Notes: a model not told the origin generated them from the sequence alone. Shown: positions 12,601-28,600, counted from the whole stretch's first letter. The stretch: DNA of 63,705 nt, filler included, from Welwitschia mirabilis (GCA_051453625.1; 4 parts of one record of this genome joined end to end with filler, not necessarily neighbours in it); one strand, 5' to 3'. Numbers and translations are program-made.

Positions 12601-15030
12601 AATAGGATCCAAGGCTATGCATATTATTATTTTCTTGATGAATATAGTGATTACAATCAAGTATGCATAGTCAATGAAAATTAAGCAAAGAAAACTTTCA
12701 CGTCTCCTTTTGGTACCTTTGCCTTTAGAAGAATTCCCTTTGATTTATGTAATGCATCTAGAACCTTTTAGAGGGCCATGATGGGTATATTCTTAGATAT
12801 TATTATGGAATTAATAGAAATCTTGATGGATGAATTTTCAATTTTTGAGGGACTTATTTAAGTGAACTTTAGAAAGATTAGAAAAATTCTTTAACTAATG
12901 CATAGAAATTAATCTTCATTTGCATTGGGAAAAGAGTTACTTCTTGGTAAGGAATGGGATAGTCCTAGGTTATTATATTTCTAGAAATGGCATTTAAATG
13001 AATCCCACTGAGATAGATATCATTAGAAACCTCCCTCCTCCAATCAATATAAGTCAAGTTAGATCGTTTCTTGGTCATGCTGGTTTTTATTAAAGATTCA
13101 TCAAGGACTATGCTAAAATTTACAAACCTCTTTATTATCTTTTATAAAAAGATGCTGAATTTGATTCGAATGAGTCTTGTCAATATGCCTTTCAAAATCT
13201 TAAAGAAAAAATCACTTCAGCACCTATTATAGGAGGATCTAATTGGAATAAAGAATCTAAACTTATATGTGATGAAAATAATATTTCTATAGAAATTATG
13301 TTAGAGAAAAAACATGAGAAAGGTAATAATGTTATTTGCAATATTAGTAAGACCCTTTCAGGAATTCAACTTAATTATACCACTTTTAAAAATAAATACT
13401 TACATCATCTTTTGTCTTGATAAACTTGGATACTATCTTCTTGATTTTCATACTCATGTCTATACTGATCATGCTACCATTTAATATCTCATGATCAAGA
13501 AAGATTCTAGTATAAGACTCATTAAATGGATATTATTAATGCAAGAATTTAACGTAACCATAATTAATAAGGAAGGAATCATAATTATGTTTTTGATAAT
13601 TTATTTAGAATTCTTCATGAACAACATCTGTTACATTTTTCTCCATACCTTCCTATCTAAGACAATTTTTCATTTTCTGCAACTCTTTTCCATTACACAT
13701 TTTTATTTCATCTATTCTAAACATCTTGCTCCATGGTATGCTAATATTATTAATTATCTTCTTATCTAAAGACTCCCCAACATTAGACTCACAACTAAAG
13801 AAAATCTTTTCTTTATAGAATAGGAGACTATAAGTGGCATGAACCTGACCTATACCAAAGATGTAAAAATCAAATCATGTGCAAATGTATGCCATAATGG
13901 GAGAAATATGATATTATTACTATTTATTATAATGGAGTGTATGTAGCTCATCTTAGTGGTCAAAAGACTTTTATGAAAATCCTTCATGCAGGTTTTTATT
14001 GATCTATTCTCTTAAAAGGTTTATTTAACTTTATAAGAAAATGTGATGCTTGTCAACATTTTAGTAGTCTTTCTAGATCTCAAGACATGCCCTTCCAACT
14101 TATCTTAGAGTGTTAACATTTTAATTGTTGGGGCATAGACTTTATAATCCCTCTTACACCATCCTTTTGTCATAAAAATTACATCCTAGTGGTTGTAGAT
14201 TATGTGATCAAATGGGTAGAAGTAACTCCTACAATCAAGAACGATGTTAACTATGTGTTATTTTGTTAGATCTAATGTTTTTCATAGATTTGGCTTTTTT
14301 AGAATCTTAATTAGTAACCAAGACACTTATTTTATAAACAATATTCTTAGGAAACTTCCCCTCTCTGTTGGAATTGAGCATAGAGTAGTAAATGCTTATT
14401 ATCTTTAAACTAGTGATTAAGCTAAAAATGCTAATAAGGAAATGAAGAAAATGCTTTATAAACTTATCTTCCAAAATAATAAGTCTTGGTTTGTCAAACT
14501 TTATGATGTACTTTGGGTTTACCATACTACTGTGCATAATTTACTTTGTTTTTTCCCCCTTATAAGCTTTTGTAGGGTAAAGCTTGTGTTCTTTCCATTG
14601 ATGTGTGACATAATTCTTATAAAACCATTTATTAAATTAATGTCATGGATTTTTATAATAATCTATAGCATAATCTAGTCCAACTTCAACATCTTGATGA
14701 GAAACACAAGCATGCTATTCATAGACAACTCATCCAAAAGCTCAAGCAAGATTTTACCATGACAAAAAGCTTATTTTTAAATCTTTTTAATCTAGTTAGT
14801 TGATTTTATTATTCAATAATTAAGTGCGTAATAAATTTATATCTAAATGGCTAGATCCTCATTGAATAGAGAAAGTGCATATTAATAGCTCTATTGAGAT
14901 TTCTGATCTAAACACTCATGAAATGTTTAAAGTAAATGGACAATAATTGAAGTTGTATCAATCATGTAATGTTTGTTATTATACCATGGATATGATTGAA
15001 GCAATAGATTTAGATGATCCTATTACTTAA
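9700..15030 (+). pseudogene. gag-pol of element A, many stops and frameshifts
   Basis: Motif remnants EWISPITVVPKK, LPFLDQIL, VRSFLGHAGFY, YTDHAT, RLIKWILLMQEF, PWYANIINYL and FKVNGQ. Confidence 0.88.
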
Positions 15031-16545
15031 AAGAAACATCTTCCCTTTATCATTATCTAAATAGTTTCTTAGTTAGATTCTTTAGTTAAGTTATTTTACT
15101 ACTTGATCATTTACTAGACTGGTTTTGTATTAGCTTTCATACACATTTTCATGAAAGTAATTCTTTACTTTGGGAATTGAAAATGATAAAGATTGAATTT
15201 TAGTCAACTTAAGACATTCTAATGTTTATGAACTTCAATGTCTATGATGACTTTTTCTTAAGTACTAGTTAGGTCAAATCAAATGCTAATTCCTAACTTT
15301 GTACTTAGTTAATTTATTATTTCAATGATCAACCAATGTTTTAAAAAAGGGCATCAGAGTTTGTTCTTTTAAGAAAAAATCTTTGAATAAAAAAGAAAAA
15401 AGATAAAAGAAAAAGAAATAGAACAAAAAAGAAAAAAAAAGAAATGTCCAAATGAATCCCATGATGTCCTATCACAAGTATATTGGGGTAAATTTTCCAA
15501 AAAAGGACCTTTGGCAATATGATATGGTAGCTATGAGAACTCCATTGAAGAGTTAGTTGGGCATGATCTAGTCTCAAATTACACATTCTTACTCTTTTAT
15601 AGTGGTTGCACGTTCTTCATCGTGATAAATGATGTTTTTTAACACTTGCTTGACTTGATTTCTATAACTCTTAAGCCATAACTTCAAGAGAATAATAGAA
15701 CATATTGATCATTAGATGATATATTGGCCAATGTTTATTGTTTCTTTAGAATATGATTGAATTGATTTTAGTCTCGATATTAGTAAAAGAATCATTTGAT
15801 ATTACCAAAATGATTTTCTCTATCACATAAAGCTTATTATAATTTATCACTAAATCATGCATCTTTGCTATCAAGCAGTTCTATAATGAAAACCATTAAG
15901 TTTGGTTAAATAAATAATCAGGGTAAGTAGTTAATCTTCTTCATGTATCTTTTTTTCCATTTGTACTTTGCATCTTCTTAATTGTTTTTACTTGAAAGTG
16001 TCAAAGCCATTGCTACATTTAACTCTCATCTTAATAAACATATAACTTTTTAGCTTGTCATTGGCCTTCACCTACTCATACCCTTGCTTTCATCTTTGAC
16101 CCTTAGTTTCATTTCCTTCTTATTTTTTCTTTTTATTTTTTAATTGTATTTTTTGATTTTGTTTTTCTTTCTTATTTTATATCCCTTAATACTTTTAACT
16201 TATTCTTTCTGATTATCGGAAGTACATTTTTTAAAAAAAATTCAGGATGAATTTATCTACTTCATGGAGTGGAATCTCTGGGATCTTAAAGAGACTAGCT
16301 TTAATTAAAATGAATTTATTTAATAAAAATATGTTTTTCATAGATCTGAAAGAATAAACTCTGAATTCAAAACATATCTTCTTCATGATGTTAAAGTGGA
16401 ATATATTTGTAATATGAATTTTATGTTTAACAATATAAGATTGTTTATGCTTGAGTGTTATGATTCATCCTTTTTCCAATTTGGTTTTCTTCTATCCTTT
16501 TCTAATTTCTTTGTTAAGAACTAACAAACGCTTAGTGGGGGGATA

Positions 16546-18124
16546 TGTTGTGAGTCCAATTGATGATATTTAACATCACATTTAGAGTATGTTGTAGGCA
16601 TATTTAATAGATTTCCAAGCCAACTAAGAAGAATCTAAAGCTCAATTAAAATAATCACATAGCACACTAAATTTAGAGATAATGAACCCTCTTTTGACAT
16701 ATTTCACACTTCCTAACTTTTCTTGAGCATTATGAATCTAATGTAGAATGATGGATGATGATCAAGAGGCTAGAGAATGAAGAAAATACTATTGTCCACT
16801 TGAAGGTCTAAATGACAGTTAAGTAGACGACCAACAAAATCAATACATAGAGAAACTAGATTTTTATTGATATCTATCCACCTTGTCATCTACATGATAC
16901 TCCAGAGGACGACAACCATTAAAGTAGTTAAATCACATCCTGAAAGTAGCCCTAAAAGCTGATAGAGAATACCATAAAATTTAGCAGCTTTAGAAGAGAT
17001 AACAACATGTCAATTCCATCAGAAGCCAAGATCAAGTTTAGGCGAATGCCCGATCTTCATCAATATACTTGTAAAATGTGAAGGAACATTAGTTTCAAGA
17101 GGAATAAGCTTTATATGCTAAGAAGAAAGCCATCTATGATATAATAAAGTAGATACTATTAAAGATAACTTATCATCTACCTCATTATCTAGATAACACA
17201 TGGGATGACTAGTAGAACTATAAGAAAGAAAACTTATAAATTGAGATCTAATAGTCATCCACCTGGTTATCTAGATGACATTTAAAATGACACAAAAAAT
17301 ATAAAACTCAACAATCACCAATAATTCATGTGAAGAACAAGAAGATGCTAGAAAAAGAGATTAATTATCGTCTACCATGTCATTCGAATGACAACCAAGT
17401 AGGTGATAGCCATAAGAAATGCAAAATGAAATCCATTGGTTATGAAATCATTATTATACTTACCTTTAGTCTATTAAAACTCTTTAGCAATCCTAATAGT
17501 TATCCCAAATCTATAAATACCTCACTTAAGTTTCTCATTTTTTATCTTTAATGCATTGATTAGTTTTGTGATAATTTGAAGATCAATTAAGTAAGGGATC
17601 TATCCTAGTTATAGAGAAGGATATTTCTTGGTATTAGGTTGTGTCTCCTTTATTAAGGTTTTTTACTTTGTAAAAGGGTATGAACACCTTGATTAATAAA
17701 GCTATTAATTGAAGTGTACTTGTCAAACTACCTTCTGATCTTTCTTATAATTTATGTTAATTACATTTAAGTAATAGTTATTTGTAACTGATATAGATGA
17801 TGAGGGTCAACTTGGGTGATAACAAATTGATGCATTTGGTTATGATTTGCATTTAGATTACATTCATCTTTGCATCTTGTCTTCATTTACTACATCATTA
17901 CATTTTCATTCTTAAGCTAGAAAAGAAAATCATTTTACTTTTATTCTTTTTAATTCAAACAATCTTTTAACTTCTTCTTTAGAATTCCTCTCTAGAGTAC
18001 AACATTTAGGTTAACTCCCATATACTAGTGTGTTTTGTATGAGTTTATTAAAAATTATAGGTATTAAAACTAAGGATTTATTGGAAAGAAATACAAAATT
18101 AATCACATAATTCATACATTAATA
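16546..18124 (+). repeat. 3' LTR of element A
   Basis: Starts TGTTG right after the PPT AGTGGGGGGATA (16534-16545) and aligns with the 5' LTR. Confidence 0.88.
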
Positions 18125-18249
18125 GTCTTATTAAAAGAAAAAGTAAGAATTTAAAAATTTTAGATTTTTTGGTTTTTTAAAGTTTTTTTCATATTTACAT
18201 CCACAAGATAAATCAGAATATATATCTAATCCATTTAAATTTTACTTAG

Positions 18250-21200
18250 TGAATAATTTGAATTTAAATCCATCTACTCTTTGAATTTTATTAGTCTTCA
18301 GATTTTGAATGTTAACTATTCTAAAAGGAGATACATGAATAGTATCAAAGGGTCCTTCACATTTAGATTTTAATTTTTCAAGAAATATAAAGTAAAACTT
18401 TATCACATCCTTAAGAATTTTTCTTAAGAATGATTCAATGATGATAATATGTAATTTGTTTTTTAGTAAGAAATTGGTCGTTAAATGAACTTAAATCTAA
18501 TTTCATCTAGCTTATTTAAATTATTCATTTTAAATTTTACACCTTTTTAAGATTCATATTAGATTTTCTAGTGGCATTAAAGGCTTGATATTCTATCTCA
18601 ATATGTAGGAATCATTATTTACTAACAAACATTTATAGAGGATCACGCCTATGGGTATTTTGTAAGCTATATGATAAGCCTATAGTACATTAGATAATTT
18701 TTAATAAAATCTTTTCTATTACACTAACTATATTTAAAAGGATTTAGACAAGCTAATAGTTTATGACTTCTACTTAGTCATCAGTTTAATGATGATAAGT
18801 AATAGCTACTTTATGAGTGATTCCACATTTTTACATAAGGTTTCCAAATATTGTATTATAGAAATGGGAGTTTTTAATCACTAATACTTACTTTCAAAAA
18901 TAGAAAACAACTTAATCTTTTAATACTATAATAATAGTTTTAGTATTATAATCTCTAAAAGCTATGTCTTCTTTTCATTTACTAACATAATATATAAATA
19001 CAAGAACATAAACATTACCAAAAAAGGGTGGAAATAGTCTAATAAAATTTACAACTCAAACATTAAAATGCTCATAACAAATATTAGGTTCAAGAGGAAT
19101 TTTGTCTCTTTTACTAATAGTACATCTATTGACATTTATCATAGGATTTATAAAATTCATTGATAACTCTAAAAGGGTAAGTTAAAAAAATTCTAGCACT
19201 TAAAACTTTATATGTGGTTTTGTTTCCACTAAAATGACCACCATATAGATACCATTATATCAAAATTCTAAGATATTAACAATTTCATTTTCAGGTACAC
19301 ATATTCAAAAGATGTGATTAGTAATATTTAAATAATACTAGTGTTTTCCATAAGAACTTATGTTGTTGAGGTAAAATTTTTTACTTTCTTAATAAGACAT
19401 GTCTTTAAGGAGTTTACCATAGGATTTGAAATTTACAATATCATCATCCTAAAGTAAAATATTAATAAAACATAAATTTTCATCTAAAATTTTTTTATTA
19501 TTCTTAGTTGAATCAATAAATAGGGAAAGATAAGATAAATACTTGATAATAAGCTTGTTATTACCTAATCTATACTTAATACTAATATCAAATTCTTACA
19601 TAAATAAAGTCTAATGCATAAAATGAGGTTTACTTAAGGGATTATTTAGAATGTATTTTAAATTGGCATGATTAATAATAATAATAATTACAATATAATA
19701 AATAAACTAATGAAGAAATCTTCAAGAGTAAATAAAATAGCTAACACTGCTATTTCAATCATTAAATAGCTAAGTTTTGAATCATGCAAAGTCTTGCTAA
19801 CATAAGATATAATATAGGTTTTGTAATCAATAGTGTAACATAAGGCTAGTCACTTACATCTATTATCATCTTAGAAGAAAAATACCAATTAGGAGCTCTG
19901 AGAACAAGTAAAGATGATAGATTTTATTTGAATTTCTAAAATACAAGTTCACAATCAAGTATATAAGAAAATAAGTATCTTTAAAAATCAATTTAGTTAG
20001 AGGTTTACTAAGAGAACTAAAACATAAAATGAGATACTAATAAACCAAGATATCCTAAGAAAGATGTTAAATCTTTTACACATCAAGGAATAGGTAGAGA
20101 ATTAATTACACTAAGCATTGTAGGATCCATTTATATTCCTTTCTTCAAAATAGTATAATCTAGAATAATTGCTATAATAACCATAAAATTACTTTTTTGA
20201 ACTAAATTTAAGATTATGATTAATATAATGATTTAAGATCAAATTTAAATGATACATTATTTAATTGAAAGGATTACCATAAAGAGAAAAGTCATCGCTA
20301 AAGTTTCTACATGTTTATCTAGTAATTTACCAAAAAGAACCATCATACACCTTCAAAAAGTTATAGGAAATTACATAAACTAAAAGACGTGTGATAGTAG
20401 GCAAAATTTACAAATAGACAAGTAAAAGTAGTTTTTTATTAATCTTCTAAAGCTACAGAAATTTGATTATAACCACTATATTCATCTAAAAAATAAACAT
20501 AATGATTCCTAGAAAGTTTAAGGATTTCATTAAGAAAATGAATAAGAAAGAGATATTCATTAGTATAAGTATTAAAAGCATAAATATCTACATAGATTTA
20601 CCATTTCTTTTTAAGATAAATTATAAGGGGCTTATTCATTTACTATCTGCAGTGCTATAAATGATGTCAGCTTATTAAAGTTTTATGATTTATTCTTTAA
20701 TAATATTCCTAAGATTTGAATTTAACCTATGCTAAGGTTGAAAAACAAGTTTTATATTAAGTTCTAAATAGATATGTTAAAAAATAAATAGAAAAATTAA
20801 ATTATGTACTAATAATAATAGGTTTAGTTTTATTACTACCTAGAAAGATGTACTTTAAATAATTAACTAGTGATTTTAATTTATTATTAATAACATTGTT
20901 AGTACTAAAGACATAATTGAATAGCTTGAATTTTTATTTCATTAAATATATATTAAAATGTTTAAGATAAACAAATTCAATGAGTATACCAATTTCATTT
21001 GATCTAAGTAAAATTTAACAAGAAGTTATATTGTGCATATAAATAAAGCCGATTATTTAAAATGAAAATGATTCATCACTCATAGGTTGTATTTCAGCTA
21101 AGGATAAATTCTTATTTAAATGAATTTATTTTTTCCCCTTTAAAGACACATTCAAGATAATAAAAATATTTTCAAATATAACTTTTCTATAGTTAATTTT

Positions 21201-21381
21201 AGCATTAGCAATTATAGGTCAAAGTGGGTAGAGAATGATGGGATCACTCATTGAATCAATGGGTATTTTAAAAGTTAAAAGGCCAATAGGATAAACAGGT
21301 TCATGTATTTAAATTAAAACATCTTTTAAAATTCCTAAATATTTTATGAACGTTCCATAAATCATAGAAAGAATTACATTA
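18250..21381 (-). mobile_element. Older gypsy element B, pol remnant (PR C-half, RT, RH, INT)
   Basis: Minus-strand remnants KYLGILKDVLI (~21330), FLDEYSGY (~20480), VKDLTSFLG (~20060) and YGGHFSG (~19235). Confidence 0.8.
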
Positions 21382-22642
21382 TGGTTCATGGTCTAATCTA
21401 GCTATGATTGTATCACTATGTATATTATGAGTTTATGCAAGATCATCCTATGGATATAAATCTTATAAAACCACACTCAGATTTTACTAAAATATAACAA
21501 GGACTTTTGTTTCTAGTATAAGCCTAGTTTCATTCTTTTTAAGGAATAAATTTAGTAGAAAAATCATTAAATAAAGCACATAATTAATTTTTATAACTAT
21601 CATAAAGGAATTTAATAATTATAACGAAAATTTTTATTTAATTGATGAGTAGAACTAGTAAGGAATCATAGCTCTAAGCATCTAGCATTGTCATAATGAT
21701 AATATCATGATTATTTACTATAATATATTTGCTTTATGGTTAAATACAAAGAAATCATATTACATTATGATTTTAGCTTAAGCATGGTGATATAATCTCA
21801 TTAATCACATAAGTAACAGTGAAGTTTTTAAGTCACCTTAGCTTTCATAGCTTATTACAAAATCATAAAAAGTAGGAAAAAATCAAAAAGATTAGCAAAT
21901 GATAGTTAGACCATGAGCCAAGATATATAGATGAAGAATTACATAGAAATCACATAAAAGCTTAACATGCTTTAACTTAAATAAAGTATTACAAGTATGA
22001 AAAAGAATTTATGACTTGAAATTAGAAAGCAAATTGAAGAAAATATAGCACTTTATTAAAATAATAGATAAAAATATACACAATAGAAAAATAATTAAAC
22101 TAAATCTTAACATGCCATGATATCCTTAAGGGCTAGTTCTTCTCTAAAGAAAAAGCTTAAAAAGTAGACATAATGAGAACTTCTCTTAATTATAAAGGAT
22201 TGCCAACTAATAGCATGTGACAAGATGCATTAAAATGACACTCAAGTTCCCCTTTATAGCCTAAAAATTAGGGTTAGAATTAGGGTTTTAGAATTTGTAA
22301 AATTTTCACTAATTTCAAATAAGATAACCAATTTTCCTAAAGAACTTGTCATCTACCATAGGTCTTAGAACATAAAAATGGACTAAATAAGTGAAACATG
22401 ATTAGGAATACTATTGAATCCTATTAATGCCATAGTTTTTTGTGAAATTTCCTCTTGACCTTTTGGCTTATGCTCTAGCATCTAGTCAAAGAGTAAAAAA
22501 TTCATTAGTAAAGGTAGAATACCAGTTTTTTATGACTTTAATATCATACATCAAGATAAAATAGTAAACCATAAAAACTATGACTTGGTCATGCTAAATG
22601 ACTTAATTATTTGAAATAAATGTTAATTTTTACATGTTATAA
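21382..22642 (-). repeat. 3' LTR of element C
   Basis: Aligns with 30327-31549 (e.g. CTTAGCTTTCATAGCTTA, AGAAATCACATAAAAGCTTAACAT). Confidence 0.85.
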
Positions 22643-25600
22643 CACCCCCTAATCAATATTTTAGTAGTTCCTTAGCAAAAATAGGTGAAAGTTGGAAAAC
22701 ACAAAAAAAAAATAATAAGTTGAACATTTAAGTGTTAAACAAATTTGATGAAAAATTTAAAACGAATTTGCTAAATTTTGAGACTAATTTCAATTAATTT
22801 AGATTGATTAAATATGAAAAATGAAAATTTTGAGTGAAATTCCCACTCTCATGGACCAAATCTAACTTTCTTCTCAAAAGTAAATGTTATGGCAATTAAA
22901 GTACTTATGAGAATAAAGTTATGTAAAATTAAGATGCATAAAGAAATAGAAAGAAATTATATCATTAAATTTGATAAGACATTACATTAAAGAGAAGTTC
23001 ATGTAATCTGAAACATAAAGCATTCCAAATTAGTCCTAATAATGCTTGGAAAGAAGGTACAAAAAGAAGAGTTAAAAATAAATTAACTAATAGATTGTCT
23101 ATGAGAAATGAATTATTCACTCATGGTTTGCTAGAAATAATAGAAATAAAGAAAGAAGAAATAAAATGTTGGAAATAAGAGAGAATAATAAAAAAGATGA
23201 AATTATCAAAAATAGAATGAAAAATAATTCAAAACCTAGTTACAATCAATTTCTAGAATGAAAACTAACTCACCAATGATTTGAGAGGATTGAGGAGGAT
23301 GAGTAGATGCGATGGAAAGAAGATAGCATGAAAAAACATGGAGATGGATAGTAGTACCTATGAGGTCAAGCTACAACACTAGTGGTTCTTAGTAAAGAGA
23401 CTTGATCTTATGTTAGATAAAAAACTAGGATCATAAAGCAAGTAGGTACACTCTTAGCAAGGTGCATTAGTGACTCTAAGTTCAATTTATATAAAAAGAA
23501 GATGAAAATATAGCCATTAAATCATTTCATCTTATTGATGGTTATGACCGATTTGATTAGGTTAAGACATGAATAGATAGGTTATATCACAAAAAAACAT
23601 GTATGTTTTATTATAGAGTGAAATATGGAATATTATGGATTGAAATGATTAGTGTAAAGGGGAATTGAAGTAGAAGAAGATGGAAATGATGAAGTTATTA
23701 TGCATCCTTTGAATTAAAAAATACTTATAAACTTAAGATAATGGCTTAATTATTATTTTTATTTTATTTTAATGGATTTATTACTAAGAAAAAAGAATTA
23801 TTGATAAGAAAATTTAAATTTTGTAAAATTTAAGAGTAGTAGAAAGAGCTTCAAGTTAAAATTTATTAAAGTAAGCATGCCAAGTAATATCTTCAATTTT
23901 ACCTTATTTCTTCCTAATTCCCTTTTACATTTATGAGTGGTTGCTTTAAGAATTTTATCATAATATGCATTGAATGTTATGGCATCTTCTATTAATAAAT
24001 TTAACATGTTATTCATGAAGAAGTGAGTGTTCCATTACTAGAAAGCATTTATTGGTATAATGTAGCTGAATATGCCATGAATGGAGTGCTAAAGCTATAT
24101 TTGCAGTAGGCATATGTAGCCTAAATGTCATTAACTAAACTCATTAATTATGATTTAAAAATATTTTACATTTGAGAAACTTTATAAAGTTTTTCATAGG
24201 GACAAAATGTTCATTAGCTCATTAGCCTAATTAAGAAGCAATCTTATCCCATTAAAATGCTTGAAGTAAATATACAACATGAAAGTAGAAAAACCACCTT
24301 TTTATCTTAAGGTTTACCATATGAAAAAGCTCAAATAATTTTAAACTTTAACAAAGAAATTAAAAATAAAGGTAAATTTTTCTTGAAAACTAGAAATTTA
24401 TAAGTTCTCTATCAAAGCTTTGAAATGATAAAGATCACTTTATTATTTTTATTCAATAAATGCCATTAACTAGGATCATTGAGCCTAATGAACTCATAAG
24501 AAAATGGGAGAGATGGATGAAAAGATTTAATATGATAACCATTAACTTTAAATTGGTAATGATTCTTTGGATTTTCTATGAGAAAGATAATATTTTATAG
24601 CATTTATTTTATTATGTATGGATCTAACCATCTTAAAACAATTTTTTAAGGAAACAAATAAAATCTTATGTTGCATAATAAAACAAAATCTCATTCATGG
24701 AAGGTCTTCATATGGATGTATTAATCATGAAAATTTTTCATTTTTTGTTTGCTAAGTTTTATATTCTCATAAGAATCATTTCTAAGCTTATCTACTTAAT
24801 TGAGTTAGATTGTTTTATGTTTACTTGCCACATCAAGGTCTAGATTCATGTGTTTGATGGCCTAATAAGCCTTATGCTCAAGCTCTATAAGAATATAAAA
24901 AGCTTTATTATAAGCTTATCTAAAATTTAACATTTCTAGTGAAGGTTTATATGCAATTTTATAAGCCATAAAATATCATTCAATTTGTAGGACCAATCTT
25001 TCCTAGTTGAACTTAACAATCTTTGCAAAATGTTCTTGATTTCCTTATTGGTACCCTTAACTTATCCCCTAGTTTAGGAATGGTAAGAGTAGTAACTCTG
25101 TGAGTAACCTCATGTCTAGTAAAAAAATTTATTAAAATTTCAATGGTAAAAGTGAGACTTACCATCACTAGTTAAGACTCTTAGATAATCAAGTCTAGAT
25201 AGAATGTATTCCTTAAAAGTTTCACTAGAATTTAAGCATCATTGTTTTCATAAGCATATACTTTAATCCATTTAGTGACATAGTCAACATAAGATAGGAT
25301 GTATTAGTTTATTTTTGGACCTTGAAGATCATTTCCACATCCATCAAAAGGCTTTGATTCATTAGAATCATGTTTTTCCTAGTATGACTTCCATGGTTTT
25401 GGCAATTCTCAGAAGAGTTACAATAATGATAAGATTCTTTAAAGATAGAAGGCCAATAGAGTTCACGCCTAAGAATCTTTGTGGTAGTTTTATTAGTAGA
25501 AAAGTAACCACCGCAAGCATTAAGATGAAAATTTTAAGAGAATTTTGAATTTTAGATTGAAGGACACATCTTCTAATGATTTAATCAAGATAGTATTGGA

Positions 25601-28600
25601 AAATATAAGGATCACTCTTAAATAAGTATTTTACTTAGCTTAAAAGTTTATTTCTATCATTAAGTTTCCAATGAGAATGCATAGTTTGGAAAATTAAGTA
25701 ATTAAAAATTCAGCATATCAAGGAATCTTTAAGATAAAAAAGAGATGTTAATTAGAAAAAGAATCATCAATAGGATCCAAATCATGTAAGGTGTTTTAAG
25801 GAATTCTTAAAAGATGATCAGCAACTACATTATCAAAATATTTCTTATCTTTGATTTCTAAGTCAAATTATTGTAATAATGGAATCCATTTAGTCAATCT
25901 AGGCTTGGAATATTTCTTGGTAAAAGCATATCTAAAGGATAAATAATCTATTTAAACTATGATTAAAGAATTAAGAAAATATTACCTTCACTTCTCTAAA
26001 GCAAAAACTACTATAAGGAGTTTCTTTTTGGTGATAGTATAGTTGAGTTAATTATCATTCAATATTTTGCTAGAATAATGAATTATTATTGGTTTTCTCT
26101 TAAATCTTTAATCTAAAACTACATCAAAAGAACAATTATAGCATAAGATATAATCTCATAAGGTAGTTTTAAATTAGGTAGTTAAATAACTAGTGCTATA
26201 CCAAGTATTTATTTTAAATTATTAACGGATTATTAGCTTTTCTGTGTTCACTTAAGGAAGGAATTTTACTAATAATATTACAAAGAGGCTTATGGTTATT
26301 GCTAATTTTTTGAATATAGAATCCTACATGTCCAATAAAAGATCAAAGTTTTTCAATTTTTATGAAGTATAATGATGATTAATCAGTGAAATTTTGATAC
26401 AATCTAACTGAATTTCTTTATTAAAAATGGTATATCCTAAAAACATTTCTTTATTAATCATGAAATAATACTTTTCCCAATTAAAGAAAATGTTTCTGTT
26501 AATGCATCTCAATTGAACAAGTTTAAGATTAAGAAGGCAATGTCAAAAGATATCTCATAAATAGAAAAGTCATTTATGAATACTTTCACATAAGATTCTA
26601 ATAGATCAAATAAAATACAAAGCATACAACATTGAAAATTGATAAGAGCGTTACAAGGATAAATGTAATATGTTGTAGGTAAAAGTTGTATAAGAATAAG
26701 TGAAAGTGATTTTTTCTTAATTCTAAGGGGAAAAATCTATTTGATTGCACCCTAAATATCCATCTAAAAGATAATAAAAATGATATTTGACAAGTTGTTC
26801 AAGGATTTGAGTAGAGGATGAAGTGGAAAATGGTCTATCCTAGCTATAACATTAAGTTTTCTATAATACATGTGCATTTTCCATTACATAACAAGCCTAG
26901 TTGGAATAAGCTCATTGTATTAATTAGGTACTAAGGTGATCCTTGACTTCTTGACCTTAGTTTATGTTGAATTAAACCACTTGCTATTAGAGATTGGATA
27001 TGTTTGATAACTTAATTTTTGATTACCCCCTTTAATGTTGGATTGATTCTTATTTGGGCTTAAGTGATTGGTTTAACATCATTTTCAAGGTAGATATGAT
27101 GCATACAAATACTAAGATCTATGCCTCTAATATCTAAAATAGTCTAACCTATGGTTGGCTTATGCTTTCTTAGTAAGTCTAGCAAGGCATGAGATGAAGA
27201 CAAGGATGAGCTAACAACTACTTAAAAAATTGAATTTTCACCTAAGAAGTCATACTTAAAATTACTAGAAAATGATTTTAACTTAATAGAAGGTTCAATT
27301 TCTAAGTTGGTGATTGAATCATGCTTAAAGGGTGAAGATAAAGTGAAAATAATTTAGATGTAGGGAGATGATTCAATATTAAGAGGTTTACTTTCTAGCA
27401 TTTTGACATGTTCTAAACCATCAATACTTAAATGTTGTTTTATGAAATTAAAAACATTTAAATTAATAGTCATGTTTTTAAAAAAGTTTTCATAAGACCA
27501 TTCTTATGATTAATCAAGGCATTTAAAGTTACAAGGAAACGTCTACTTAAAATTACATGAATTATGTAATTAATTGTTCTCTTCATCTTTAAAACTACAA
27601 AGTTCATAGAAAAATTGAAACTATCCACTTATACTATAACATATTTGACTACTCCTAAAGGTGATTTTAAAAAGTCCACTACCAAGTAATTAGATTTTAA
27701 TACTCTTAAGGCCATTTTAGCCAAGTAACTTATAATGTGAAAAGGCACAAAGTTAACACTATGTTTCAATTCTAAGAAGTAGTGCTTAATGTGTCTATCT
27801 ATAATAGTAATTAAAATAGTTGAAAATTCTAGATATTTTTATTTTAGAGGGGTTTGGTTTAAATTATGGCACTCATTTTTTAGGCTAAAAAGGCTTTATC
27901 AGTTATGTTCATTCTGCTCTTTATTATGCATATGTCCTTAAGAAATGTTTTAGACAAAGGGACTTACTTGATGGATTCTGAAAGAAGTACATTAATTTTA
28001 AATTCCTTAAAAATATCAAAAGATTCTTATTATTGCTTTGCTATTTATTCCTTTCTAAATTATTGAAAAAAAGGGTATTAGAGTTTACTCTAAGATTTAG
28101 TTTATTTCATTTTTTACTCATTAAATTTATGGCTTTGATTTCTCTAATGAATATGTTATCTACCTCATTAATCATCTTATAACTACTGGATTAGGTTCAA
28201 AAGATTTAGAAAGTTTACCCTTCTCACATTGATTGAGTGAAGAGAGAATTTTAGTGATGTTTTAACTTGACTAAATGTTTTTCTAAAGTTTTTGTAGTGT
28301 GAAAGAGGTTTATTGATTAAACTATTATTGGTTATGTTTTGGTTGTATTTGTGCTTCTATGAATATTATAAGAGTACCTTCTGAAGGTTGTGATGAAGAG
28401 TGTTCATTATCAGAAGATGATAAATGATGATTATAAGAAGAGAAATATTAATTTCTAAATTGAATCATTAAGGGTTGTTTGTAGTTGTCCTATTTTTATG
28501 ATAAATTGAGATAATTTATCCATTTATAATTGTAATTATTAGAGTAGAATTGTTTACTCTTTAAGTTTGACCATTGTTATCCTATAACATTTACTTTTCC

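Larger units (their letters stand above)
7593..18124 (+). mobile_element. Athila-type Ty3/gypsy LTR retrotransposon A, near full-length, heavily decayed
   Basis: LTR pair, Asp-type PBS and PPT, with gag, PR (KKSLIDIRAS ~11470), RT (LMDEFSIF ~12825), RH and INT (WGIDF ~14128) in gypsy order. Confidence 0.93.
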
